From an uncultured Planctomycetaceae bacterium (GTDB lineage: Bacteria; Planctomycetota; Planctomycetia; Isosphaerales; Isosphaeraceae), in assembly GCA_963833985.1 (NCBI GenBank), contig CAWIAD010000002.1:4768001-4832000 (forward strand): a stretch of 64,000 nt of DNA, in the 5' to 3' direction. The position numbers and the translations under genes were made by a program. Shown piece by piece: positions 1 to 13,006 of the stretch. The first letter of the stretch is position 1; each line of letters begins with the position of its first letter. The notes below the pieces were generated by a model, which saw nothing but the letters and a program-made list of their open reading frames with translations, did no database searches and was not told where the DNA came from.

Positions 1-124
1 GTAGGGGCTGGAATGGAGCCCGGTGATGAACCCCTCGACCACGCTGCGGGCCAGCAGCGACAGGTTCTTCACCCGGCCGAGCGCCGCGGGGTCGAGATAC
101 TGGTACGAGCGCCTCCCGGCTCAT
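1..124 (-). CDS. DUF58 domain-containing protein, 5' end only (runs off the window; apparent +1 frameshift just after the ATG)
   Basis: The minus strand reads YQYLDPAALGRVKNLSLLARSVVEGFITGLHSSPY, the typical DUF58 N-terminus. The ATG at 124-122 overlaps the upstream TGA (ATGA) but is one base out of frame; removing one G from CCGGGAGG gives MSRRRSYQYLDP. Confidence 0.8.
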   Translation of the reverse strand, partial: MSREALVPVSRPRGARPGEEPVAAGPQRGRGVHHRAPFQPL

Positions 125-2427
125 CGTAGTTGACACCTCCGGCGGAGGACCCACTCGGTGGAGAGCACCCCCACGAAGACCACCCAGAAGATCCGGGGGA
201 AGTAGAGCGGCTGCTCGAGCGCCACGTGCCTGCGCTTCTCCCTGCGATCGAGCTCGCCCAGCAACTGATCGGCCTCGGTGATGTGGAAATAACGCCCGCC
301 CGTCGCGGAGGCAATCCGCGAGAGGAGCGCGTCGTCGAGGTCCAGCCGATCGAACTCGAGGTTGGGACGGCCCACCTCCACGCTCATCGGGTCGGCCAGC
401 AGGCTGGCTCCATCAAGCGTGGCGCGAACGGCAATCGTGTGGCTGCCGGGGCTCTTCGGCTCGAAGGTTCCGCGGTAGCTGCCCGCCGACCCCGCCACGG
501 CGGTCAGGGTCACGGTATCCGTCGTCCCCTGCGGCGTCTTCACCTGGGCGACGGTCTCGGCCTTCTCGGTACCTTCGCCCTCCCGGGTGCGGACCGCGGC
601 CTCGATGGTGACGGCCGCGTCGGGCTCGTAGTAGGCCTTGTCGGTGCGGGCCGTCACACCCGCCTCGGTCTTGACGTCGGCCGTGCGGTTGGCCAGCCAG
701 CGGATCATCTGTCCCCAGAACCGGGAGAACGGTGATTCCTGGTCCAGCGCCCGCGGCACCTGCTGCCAGTTCCGCGTGGTATCGCTGGTGAAGACGGCCG
801 TCCGGCCCTTGCTTGCCGGCTGGACGGCCAGGACGGGGAGCTTGCCGTCCCCGGAAGGGTGCGTGGCCAGGACAAGAGCACCGGGCCGGGCCGCGGCCAC
901 CCGCACGCAGCCGTCCAGCGGAGGCAGCCCTGATACCTGCGCGGCCGCGCCCGGCCCCGGGAAGAACTTCGCGATGTTGGCGAAGATCGGATGGTCGCGG
1001 CCGGCCGGGGTCAGGATCGGCAGGAACGGATCGGTGATCTGGCCGATGCCGCGATCGCCCGTGACGACCGGCAGAATCGCCTCCAGGGCCGTCTTGCCGT
1101 AGCCGCCCGGTCCCAGGCTGTGGTAGCCGCCGAAGGCCAAGAGCCCCGCACCCGCGCGAACGCGCTGCACCAGAAGCTGCATCGGCTGCGGCTTCCAGTA
1201 GCTGCTGTCCAGGTCGCCCAGCAAGAACACATCGAACTTCTCCAGCGTGGCGGCGTCGCTGGGCAAACCATCAAGCTTCAGGCCCTCCATGTTCGTGCGC
1301 TGGAGGAACGTCCCCGGGCGGGTCTGCACCAGGGCACAGAACTCCAGATCCGGATCGCGCGACAGGAACCGCTGGACGATTGCCCCGTATTCGGCCCGCA
1401 ACGTTCCCTCCAGGTAGAGGACGCGAATCTTGCTATCCACCACCTGGGCGACGGCCGAGCGGTGGTTGTTCTGGGCGACCTTCTCGTCCACAAAGGGCGG
1501 GATGCGGACGGTGTAGGTGTGCCGTCCTTTCACCGCGGGCACGAACTGGAAGACAACCGGCTGCGCTGGCTCACCCGCGCCGAGCACGACCTCCACCTGG
1601 TCGAGCGTCTTGCCGTCCTCCTCGAGGATCGCCCGCGTGACTTGCCCGCCCAGGCCCGACTGGCCCACCTGGGCCGTGATCCGGGCCTTGTTATTCACAG
1701 GCAACTGCTCGGGACAGTCCAGGTCCGTGATCCGCACGTCGCGGTAGGAAGGGCTGTTCTTCAAGCTGTTGCCGACGCCGATGGAATGCACCACCACACC
1801 GAGCTTCCGCGCCGCGGCCACCGGGTCGCCAGCGGCGTTGTGCACGCCGTCGGAAAAGATCACCACGGCCTCGACGTCGCGCTTCGGCACGACGCGTGAC
1901 CCGGCCACCACGGCGCGCGTGAGCGAGGTCGCCTCGCCGGTCGGTTTCAGCCGCCCCAGCTCGCCCGCCTGCTCCAGGGGGACGGCCCGGTCCGAGAACT
2001 CCAGCACGTGCAGGTCGAAATCGCGCTTCAGCCGGCTTGACCAGTCGAGCGCACGTGCCCGCGCCAGGTCGAACCGGCTGGCCCCGCTCGCGTCGTCGGC
2101 CGTGCCCATCGACGCCGAGGTATCGAGCGCCAGGATCACCGCCTTCCGCTCCATCTCCTGGCGCTGGAGGCTGACAACCGGCCGGAACAGCAGCAGCACC
2201 ACCAGCAGGATGGCCACGGCGCGGAGCGCGAACAGGAGCCGCCATCGCGAGGGCATCACCTGGGCGAAGATGCGGCGGTAGAACACGCCCGCCAGCACGA
2301 CCGCCGCCGTGGCGACCGTCAGCATGGTCAGGACGCTATGCCCCTGTTCGAGTGCAATCTGAAACACAAAGCCTGCCCGGTCCGGCGCTGGACCTCGCGA
2401 TGTTATCCTGTTCAAGAATTCTCGCAC
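121..2427 (-). CDS. Membrane-anchored vWA domain plus glutamine-amidotransferase-like (DUF1355-type) protein
   Basis: N-terminal TM helices (LFALRAVAILLVVLLLFRP), MIDAS motif DTSASM, VIFSDG, an Ig-like segment, a GATase1-like region (RVLYLEG, GLLAFGGYHSLGPGGY, FWGQMIRWL) and a C-terminal TM ending EWVLRRR. Confidence 0.85.
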   Translation of the reverse strand: MREFLNRITSRGPAPDRAGFVFQIALEQGHSVLTMLTVATAAVVLAGVFYRRIFAQVMPSRWRLLFALRAVAILLVVLLLFRPVVSLQRQEMERKAVILALDTSASMGTADDASGASRFDLARARALDWSSRLKRDFDLHVLEFSDRAVPLEQAGELGRLKPTGEATSLTRAVVAGSRVVPKRDVEAVVIFSDGVHNAAGDPVAAARKLGVVVHSIGVGNSLKNSPSYRDVRITDLDCPEQLPVNNKARITAQVGQSGLGGQVTRAILEEDGKTLDQVEVVLGAGEPAQPVVFQFVPAVKGRHTYTVRIPPFVDEKVAQNNHRSAVAQVVDSKIRVLYLEGTLRAEYGAIVQRFLSRDPDLEFCALVQTRPGTFLQRTNMEGLKLDGLPSDAATLEKFDVFLLGDLDSSYWKPQPMQLLVQRVRAGAGLLAFGGYHSLGPGGYGKTALEAILPVVTGDRGIGQITDPFLPILTPAGRDHPIFANIAKFFPGPGAAAQVSGLPPLDGCVRVAAARPGALVLATHPSGDGKLPVLAVQPASKGRTAVFTSDTTRNWQQVPRALDQESPFSRFWGQMIRWLANRTADVKTEAGVTARTDKAYYEPDAAVTIEAAVRTREGEGTEKAETVAQVKTPQGTTDTVTLTAVAGSAGSYRGTFEPKSPGSHTIAVRATLDGASLLADPMSVEVGRPNLEFDRLDLDDALLSRIASATGGRYFHITEADQLLGELDRREKRRHVALEQPLYFPRIFWVVFVGVLSTEWVLRRRCQLR

Positions 2428-2669
2428 CCACTCGGCGTGCCGTCAAATCGACGCGCGACAGCCCGGGCCCGTTTCCTTCCCGGACGGGGAAAGAGAAGGC
2501 CAGCTTCGATCACCGTGCAAGCACGCACGAGACGCCGTCCACCTCGGGGCGGAGAGCGCCGGTGGGACTGCGGCGAGCGGCACAGGCGCCGGATCACGAG
2601 GCGGTCTGCCAGCGTGATGTGGCTTCGGGCGGGGCCGGCATGAGTGATCTCGCAAGCCAGGCCGTCACG

Positions 2670-3407
2670 TTAACCGGTCGCGTTCCCGCTCTGGCTACTC
2701 AGCCGAGCCACGAAACGGGCGTGCTCAGCTGAGCTCAGCCCCTGCCGTAGAACCTCCTGCACGCGGGTCTTGTCGCCCCGCACCAAGGCGCCCGCATCGA
2801 GCCAGAGGCCCGCAAAAATCGTGCTGCGGAGAATGCCGTCGGCGTCCGGGACGAGAGGGACGTACCTTCCCTCACGGTTGACGAACCAGTCGACCTGGCG
2901 ATCGAGCACGCGCCAGACGATGTACTCGCCGACGCCGTTGCGCTGGAGCGCTTCCATCTTTCTGCCGAGATCGTAGCTGACGCTGCTGGAGGCAACTTCG
3001 GCGACCAGATCGGGCGCTCCTTCCAGATAGTCATCCGCGCTGATGCCTACCTGACCGCCACGCTCGGGCCGGATGAACAGGCAAGCGTCAGGCTGAGGCT
3101 CATTGGTCGGGTCGAGGCGAATGGTGCCATTATCGCCAGCTTCAACTCCAGGGGTTTCTGTCTCGTACTTTCCTAGCCAGTTCACCAGCCGGGCATGCGG
3201 GTGGCTATGCCGTTCGTGGCGCACCGGTGAGGGAATGTAGACTTCTCCTTCGATCAGCTCCGCCTTCTTGAGATGCGGCATCGCATCGTATCTGCGTTCG
3301 AACTCGTCGCGGGTCAGGCGGTCGCCGTTTTCGAGCGGAGGGATGAATCCGTTCCCGGCGGTCATGCTGGGTTCCGTTGTCAGGACCGGTCGGGTTGAGG
3401 CGGCCAT
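2670..3407 (-). CDS. Uma2 (DUF820) family putative endonuclease
   Basis: PPLENGDRLTRDEFERRY, KAELIEGEV, EPQPD, APDLVAEVASSS and GVGEYIVW motifs. Confidence 0.92.
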   Translation of the reverse strand: MAASTRPVLTTEPSMTAGNGFIPPLENGDRLTRDEFERRYDAMPHLKKAELIEGEVYIPSPVRHERHSHPHARLVNWLGKYETETPGVEAGDNGTIRLDPTNEPQPDACLFIRPERGGQVGISADDYLEGAPDLVAEVASSSVSYDLGRKMEALQRNGVGEYIVWRVLDRQVDWFVNREGRYVPLVPDADGILRSTIFAGLWLDAGALVRGDKTRVQEVLRQGLSSAEHARFVARLSSQSGNATG

Positions 3408-3767
3408 GGAATGAGCCTCCGAACGCGGACTTCCTCTGCTCGAGCAACTTGATTCATCCTAGGCGATCTCGCAGCCTCGGCCAAGCCGATGAATGAGATT
3501 CCCCGGCGGATGACCCAGGAGAAACGCACGGCGGCCAGCACTCCGAAGTTCGAATCCGAAGTCGAGTCGATCCGCCGTTGCGTTCACCAAAACGGCCCTT
3601 CGGTGCTGAGGAGTGAGTCCACCAGACCGCACTCGCGCAGGGTCTCGTCTCCTCGCTCACCATCCCCTTGGATCCAGTTCAAGTAGCCGTCCCGAAGGGA
3701 GCCGGTTGATGACGGGTCGCTTCTCTCAAAGAAGAACAGACATCACTGAATAGGAATTCTTTAGCTG

Positions 3768-3991
3768 GTAGGGTGTGTCAAGCGGAGCGACGACGCACCG
3801 TGCTGGCAGATCCACCCCGTACCTCCTTTACTGGACTTCTTGGAGCCACGGGACTGGTGGTGATGGAAACGGAGGGGATCGGCCAGCCGCATGCCTGATC
3901 GCGGGAGGTTGGCAGATGCAAGCAAAGCCAGGCTGCCAGGGCGGCCAACGGCGTGTTCCGGTGCGTCGTCGCTGCGCTTGACACACGGTAC
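3768..3991. repeat. Inverted pair of GTAG-type REP elements (REPIN-like)
   Basis: GTAGGGTGTGTCAAGCGGAGCGACGACGCACCG at 3768-3800 and its near-perfect reverse complement CGGTGCGTCGTCGCTGCGCTTGACACACGGTAC at 3959-3991. Confidence 0.85.
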
Positions 3992-4126
3992 AAGTGTCGG
4001 ACACTCCCGGGCCTTCCAGGAGCAGCAAGGGAATGAACGGTCGGAGCTTGTTCAGTTCGGCGGCGTTCCACGTGAACACGGTGGTCCCCAGGTTCCGGGA
4101 TCCCCGGGCCGTGCAGCCTGGAAGCC

Positions 4127-4159
4127 GTAGGGTGAGTCGGGCGGAGCCACAACGCACCG
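4127..4159 (+). repeat. Degenerate copy of the same GTAG REP family
   Basis: GTAGGGTGAGTCGGGCGGAGCCACAACGCACCG aligns with the 3768 and 15833 copies. Confidence 0.65.
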
Positions 4160-4363
4160 CAGGAAGTTGCGGCCTTGAGCTCATGGAGCGTGGTTCCTCT
4201 GCGGCCTCTGTCCCGACACGCAGACGGGCGATCTCGCCACGCTCCAGCGTCCAGGGAGCTAGAACGATCGCCGCTCGTCGCGGCCACTCGCTTGCTTGGC
4301 CTCGTCGGTTGCGCTACGATGAGTGCCAGGGGCCAGGTCGTGCCGCATCACGAAGCGAGGGCG

Positions 4364-5176
4364 ATGCCGATGTTCAGGATCATGTTCCGCGAATGCCCTG
4401 ACCGGAGCCACGGCTGGCTGTTGTCTTTCTGCCTGGCACTCGCGATGCTGGCCGTCGAGAGCGAGAACACGGCGCGCGGCCAGGGCCAGGACAACCAGTT
4501 TCCGGCCGGCTTCATCGCACTGTTCAACGGGCACGACCTTGCCGGGTGGAAGGTGCCGGAAGGAGATGGCGGGCACTGGAAGGTCACCGATGGCGCGATT
4601 GACTACGACGCCCAGAGCGAGGCCCCGGGCGACAAGAGCCTCTGGCTGGAGCGCGAGTTCACCGACTTCGAGCTGCACATCGACTGGCGGCTGAAGGAAG
4701 CGCCCTACATCAACGAGAATGTTCCTTACATCCTGCCGGACGGCAACCACGCGCGTGACATCCAGGGCAAGGAGCTCAAGCTGGCGCTGCCTGACGCCGA
4801 CTCGGGCGTTTATCTGCGCGGCTCGGGGCGGCACCAGGTCAACATCTGGTGCTGGCCGATCGGCTCGGGAGAGATGTACGGCATCCGCACCGATCCCGGT
4901 ACGGCGCCGGAGCTGCGGGCGGCCGTGACGCCGAGGATGCAGGCGGATCATCCGGTCGGCCAGTGGAACCGATTCGAGATCACCGTCCGCGGCCATACGG
5001 TCAGGACCATTCTGAACGGCAAGGTGGTGATCCCGGGCGCCGTCATTCCCGACCTGCCTGCGCGCGGCCGGCTGGCGCTTCAGCATCACGGCGGGAAGAG
5101 GAACGGCCAGTGGGCCGGACCGCCGAGCCTCGTGCAGTACAAGAATATCTTCATCAAGGAGATCACTCCTGAGTGA
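4364..5176 (+). CDS. Secreted DUF1080 (3-keto-disaccharide hydrolase-like) protein
   Basis: Signal-like segment, then GFIALFNGHDLAGW, FTDFELHIDW, DSGVYLR, GQWNRFEITV, GRLALQHHG, YKNIFIKE. Start moved from 4175 to the ATG at 4364. Confidence 0.85.
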   Translation: MPMFRIMFRECPDRSHGWLLSFCLALAMLAVESENTARGQGQDNQFPAGFIALFNGHDLAGWKVPEGDGGHWKVTDGAIDYDAQSEAPGDKSLWLEREFTDFELHIDWRLKEAPYINENVPYILPDGNHARDIQGKELKLALPDADSGVYLRGSGRHQVNIWCWPIGSGEMYGIRTDPGTAPELRAAVTPRMQADHPVGQWNRFEITVRGHTVRTILNGKVVIPGAVIPDLPARGRLALQHHGGKRNGQWAGPPSLVQYKNIFIKEITPE

Positions 5177-5285
5177 GCCGGCGCCGGCGCCCACAAGACA
5201 GAGGCGATACCCTCCAGGATCCAGGAACGACGCAATGTCGCGTGCCAATTTGACCGAGGCGTGCCAAGAAAGTGAGGCAACTCTC

Positions 5286-6113
5286 ATGGCAGACCCCCTT
5301 TCCGGCAAGGTGGCCGTGATCACGGGCGGAGCAACGGGCATCGGCAAGGCCGTGGCCACGCGGCTGGCGGCCGCGGGTGCCAGGGTCCTGATCGCCGGCC
5401 GCGACCACGTGCGCGGCAAGACCTCCGCCTTCGACCTGGCGAAACAAGGTTACGAGGTCAAGTTCCTGCGCACCGATGTCCGCATCGAGAACGCCATCAG
5501 CGGCCTCTTCGACCAGGCGCTCGACCTCTACGGTGGCCTAGACTTCCTGTTCAATAACGCGGGCATCGAGGGCGTTTTCGGGCCGATCAGCCAGAGCTCC
5601 GAGGAGATTGTCGAGGACGTGCTGTCCATCAACGTCAAGGGCGTGTTCCTGTGCATGAAGCAGGTGCTGCCGCTGTTCGCCCGGCAAGGGGGCGGCATCA
5701 TCGTGAACACCTCGTCGTTCGTGGGCACGGTCTTGCCGTTCCCCGACGCGGTGCTCCTGGGCGCCACGCAGGCCGGCGTGATCAGCATGACGCAGTCGGT
5801 GGCCGCCGGCTTCACGGGCGAGAACATCCGCGTCTTTGCCGTCTGCCCCTGGCTTACAGACACGGCCTGGGTCGATCGCCTCACTCACCATCAGGCCGAA
5901 GCCAAGAGCCGGCTCGCCGGCATGAACCCCAGCGGCCAGGCCGCCAGCCCCGAGGACGTCGCCAACGTGGTCCTGGCCATGTTCTCCGGCGACCCGGCTT
6001 ACCACAGCGGTGACGCCGTCCTGGTCGATCACGGCGGCACCACCCAGAAGATCCGGCCGATGTCGGTGGTAAGCGAGGGCAGCCCCTCCGCTCGTCCGAT
6101 GAGTCACGGCTGA
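5286..6113 (+). CDS. Short-chain dehydrogenase/reductase family protein with a degenerate active site
   Basis: TGGATGIG, LFNNAGIEG and IVNTSS are present; the YxxxK position reads LGATQ. Confidence 0.88.
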   Translation: MADPLSGKVAVITGGATGIGKAVATRLAAAGARVLIAGRDHVRGKTSAFDLAKQGYEVKFLRTDVRIENAISGLFDQALDLYGGLDFLFNNAGIEGVFGPISQSSEEIVEDVLSINVKGVFLCMKQVLPLFARQGGGIIVNTSSFVGTVLPFPDAVLLGATQAGVISMTQSVAAGFTGENIRVFAVCPWLTDTAWVDRLTHHQAEAKSRLAGMNPSGQAASPEDVANVVLAMFSGDPAYHSGDAVLVDHGGTTQKIRPMSVVSEGSPSARPMSHG

Positions 6114-6133
6114 GTGGACAGTCGGCAGTCGGC

Positions 6134-6229
6134 TTTGTAGGGTGGGTCGAGCCGCAGGCGAGGCCCACCAGGGCGGCAGCGGCCAGTTTGTAGGGTGGGT
6201 CGAGCCGCAGGCGAGGCCCACCAGGGCGG
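6134..6229 (+). repeat. Two direct copies of a 43-bp GTAG REP hairpin
   Basis: TTTGTAGGGTGGGTCGAGCCGCAGGCGAGGCCCACCAGGGCGG at 6134-6176 and 6187-6229, with a GGTGGG/CCCACC stem and flanking CAGTCGG/CAGTGGC heptamers. Confidence 0.9.
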
Positions 6230-6279
6230 AAGTCGGCAGTGGCCAGTCGACAGTTATGGTTGGGACGGGCCAAAGCCAA

Positions 6280-6365
6280 CATCCCCTCGTGGGATACGAT
6301 TCCAATCGTGTCGCTCTTCGCTCTCCATCCCCTCGTGGGATACGATTCCAATCGTGTCGCTCTTC
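6280..6365 (+). repeat. Two direct copies of a 40-bp palindromic REP-like unit (second family)
   Basis: CATCCCCTCGTGGGATACGATTCCAATCGTGTCGCTCTTC at 6280-6319 and 6326-6365, with an internal hairpin GATACGATT-CC-AATCGTGTC. Confidence 0.9.
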
Positions 6366-6417
6366 AGCCTCACGATAAACTCGTCCGTTGCATCATGGCA
6401 CGCGCGGAGTCTTCCCC

Positions 6418-7479
6418 ATGGCTCGAAAGCGCCGTCTTTTCGGGACTCTGCTGAAGGTCACGCTCTGCGCGGCGGTTGTGGTCCTGCTCGTCCTCGCCGG
6501 AATCGTGGCCTGGGCGCCGATCCGCCAGGCGTGGCTGCGCCACAGGCTTGCCCGGCAACTGCGCGACCCGAGCCCTGCGCTGCGACAGGCTGCCGCCGAC
6601 AAGCTGCACTCACTGGGACAGGGCGCGGAAGCCGTCCTCATTGACGCGGTTCACGACCCCGACGCCGACGTGCGACTGCTGGCATGCGACCGGCTGAGCT
6701 GGTTCAACGAACTCTCCAGGCAGCGGCTGGAGGCGCTCCTGCGTGCTGCCCACGACCCCTCGCGCAAGGTACGCAGAGCTGCGTTCCGCGCCCTGGGATT
6801 CATGGGAACCGGTCTGGGCGTGAGCATGAGTCGCGAGGAAACCGCAGCCATCGGTGAGCGGCTCCGTGCCGGCCTGACGGACGAGGACTCCGCCGCGCGT
6901 CGCGCCGCAGCGACCGCCCTCGCCACGTATCCCGCGGAGCTGGAGAAGGCGGTCCAGGTCCTGACCCGGAGCCTGAGCGACCCAGAGCCGACCGTGCGCC
7001 TGGCCTGCGCACTCGCTTTGTTCAAGGTCCGCGGAGCCGGATGCGAATTGCCCGTTGCCGCGCTGAAGTCGCTCATCACGGAATCGGTCTCGGCGCCGCT
7101 CTCCGAGGCGCCCATCAGTCCCAGCGGAATTCTCTATGAGCTGGATCAACTGGCACCCGCCGAGGCTGCCTCTCTGCTGCCGACATTCATCGCGTGGGTC
7201 CGCAGTTCGTCCGTGCCGCACCAGCGCGCCGGGCTTGATTGCCTGAGGATTCTCGGTCCACGTGCCCGGTCCGCCATCCCGGCCATCGAGGGCCTTCTGA
7301 GTCATGCGGACTATCGGATCCGCGAGGTCTCCGCGCTCACGATCATCGAGATCGATGTTCCGTCGGCCCAGGTCGCTATTGCCGCCCTGCGACGCATGTC
7401 CACTGACCCCCAGGTTCCGAAGCCCTATCGCGACCGGTTCCTGCAAGATCTTGATGATCCAAGGTTGAAGAAAAACTGA
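6418..7479 (+). CDS. Membrane-anchored HEAT-repeat protein
   Basis: N-terminal basic stretch plus TM helix; repeats LRDPSPALRQAAA, HDPDADVRLLAC, HDPSRKVRRAA, TDEDSAARRAAA, SDPEPTVRLACA. Confidence 0.85.
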   Translation: MARKRRLFGTLLKVTLCAAVVVLLVLAGIVAWAPIRQAWLRHRLARQLRDPSPALRQAAADKLHSLGQGAEAVLIDAVHDPDADVRLLACDRLSWFNELSRQRLEALLRAAHDPSRKVRRAAFRALGFMGTGLGVSMSREETAAIGERLRAGLTDEDSAARRAAATALATYPAELEKAVQVLTRSLSDPEPTVRLACALALFKVRGAGCELPVAALKSLITESVSAPLSEAPISPSGILYELDQLAPAEAASLLPTFIAWVRSSSVPHQRAGLDCLRILGPRARSAIPAIEGLLSHADYRIREVSALTIIEIDVPSAQVAIAALRRMSTDPQVPKPYRDRFLQDLDDPRLKKN

Positions 7480-7513
7480 TCCGTACGTGGTTCCGCTCAG
7501 CTCACCGTGCTCG

Positions 7514-11339
<3,826 letters not shown>

Positions 11340-11372
11340 GATCGTGCGCTCCTGGCTTGTGGTCGACGAGTG

Positions 11373-11984
11373 TTATGAAGTCAAAAGGGAATCACCTTCC
11401 ACTGCTTCGATCACCGCTCGCAGTCGGGCCATGACCCGGCTCCTGGCGATGTAGACGGCACCGACCGAGATCCCCGCGGTGGCCGCGGCTGTCGCGGGCT
11501 CCTGCCCGTCCACCGCGGTCAGCCAGAAGGCCTTCCAGGTGGAGTCGCGGAACTCGCCGCGAACCTGCTCGGCCGCCCAGTGAAACAGCCGGCGGCGATA
11601 CTCGGCGTCGAAGAACGCCGTTTCCGCCGCATCGGGCGCCGGGACGCGGTCGAGCAGCTCGCGGACATCCGAATCTCCCGTCGCCTGCGGCCGGACCCGC
11701 CGGGCGGCGAGCAGATTGATCATCAGGTTGCGGGCAATCCGGAACAGCCAGCCGCGGAACGACCCCCGCGCCGGGTCGGGATCATACCGGTCAATCGCAC
11801 CGGCCACGGCCCGGAAGACCTCCTGCGCCAGGTCGGCCGCATCCGCCTCCTGAAATCCCTTGGCCCGCGCCAGCCGGTCGATGAGCGGTGCGTAGATCGC
11901 CACGAACTCTCCCCAGGCCCGCGAATCGCCGGGATCCTTGAGCCGGACCAGAAGGCTCTGCCGGGTCGCTGGTGAATCGGTCAT
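11373..11984 (-). CDS. ECF RNA polymerase sigma factor (planctomycete kinase-associated type)
   Basis: TRQSLLVRLKD, AWGEFVAIY, DAADLAQEV, GSFRGWLFRIARN, GISVGAVYIARSRV. GGAGGA RBS before the ATG at 11984; directly upstream of the kinase. Confidence 0.93.
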   Translation of the reverse strand: MTDSPATRQSLLVRLKDPGDSRAWGEFVAIYAPLIDRLARAKGFQEADAADLAQEVFRAVAGAIDRYDPDPARGSFRGWLFRIARNLMINLLAARRVRPQATGDSDVRELLDRVPAPDAAETAFFDAEYRRRLFHWAAEQVRGEFRDSTWKAFWLTAVDGQEPATAAATAGISVGAVYIARSRVMARLRAVIEAVEGDSLLTS

Positions 11985-12412
11985 GCACGTCCTCCACCCA
12001 GGAACACAGCCCACCCCGGAAAGTCTTTCGGAGATTCTCGCCGGCCACCGAGCCACCCGCCAATTTTGGGTTCGTTTTGAGCCGCTGAGAGACCAGGTTT
12101 TTCACTTTATCTCCCTTTCCTAGAGAACTTTACGTCGGCCAAGATTTGGCTTCGTTCGCGCCGTTTCCGGCAAGCCCGTGTGCCATGCAATCCCTATAGA
12201 GGCCACATGCCGGCATGCGCGGGGCAGATTATCCACGTCCCGGAGACGAATTGCCCCTCTTCCGAGTATGGTGCAAGACAGCCCGGGGCGAGGGCGTTTC
12301 CGCGCAATCCGCGGAAGATCCGACGGATACCTGAGCCCGTCGGCGGGCGGACTGCGGCTGCTCCTGGAACTGCCGAAGCTGAAAATCGGTCCGGAGAGGA
12401 AGAAACCCGGAA

Positions 12413-13006
12413 TCACTCTCGCCGTACAACCCGCCTGTCGATCGCGGACTCAAGCCACGCCGTGCGTTCGGGCTCTGTCGCCGCGAAGGGCGACCACTCC
12501 TTGCGAATGAGGTCGATATCGATCTCGTCGCGATTGGCGGTCAGCAGGGTCTCGATGTCGATCTGGTCCTGAGGCCGGAAGGCGACCATCTTGGTGAGAA
12601 TCAACCCCTCGGCGGTGGCTACGCGGACCGTGTGACCTTCCGTCCACTCCAGGCGCGCGGCATCGGCGAGCGTTCGCGAGTAAAGGGGTAGGACCGGCTT
12701 GAGCCAGTCTATTCGAACTCCGCCGAACGGGAACGAGGCCACATGCTCCCGAACAAACTGCTTGATGACGATCGTTGGATCGAGCCCGAAACCCCGCTCG
12801 ACAAGGTCGTCCAGCAGTCCGGGCAACACGATCTGCGGAACCTCGAGCAGGAAGTCGACATCCCGAGTGAACCGGGGACGGCCGCGGAGTACGATCGCCA
12901 ACCCGCCGATGAGCGCGTAGCGAATCGATCGGGCATCAAACGCCTCGGCCAGAGATTCGACGGCCCGCACGGAATCGCCGGGCAAGAGGTTGGGGTCAAC
13001 GTTCAT
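12413..13006 (-). CDS. Nucleotidyltransferase, MenT1/DUF6036 (AbiEii superfamily)-like putative toxin
   Basis: YALIGGLAIVLRGRPRFTRDVDFL, VATAEGLILTKMVA and RPQDQIDIETL motifs. Start at ATG 13006, overlapping the upstream small gene. Confidence 0.8.
   Translation of the reverse strand: MNVDPNLLPGDSVRAVESLAEAFDARSIRYALIGGLAIVLRGRPRFTRDVDFLLEVPQIVLPGLLDDLVERGFGLDPTIVIKQFVREHVASFPFGGVRIDWLKPVLPLYSRTLADAARLEWTEGHTVRVATAEGLILTKMVAFRPQDQIDIETLLTANRDEIDIDLIRKEWSPFAATEPERTAWLESAIDRRVVRRE

Noticed and set aside
6134..6365. Possible mini CRISPR array
   Set aside because: Only two copies of each of two different repeats, spacers of 10 and 6 bp, and no cas genes; fits REP elements.
12168..12190. Sigma-54-like promoter TGGCACACGGGCTTGC upstream of the ECF gene
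   Set aside because: GG-to-GC spacing is 11 rather than the required 10; worth revisiting only if an indel error is found.
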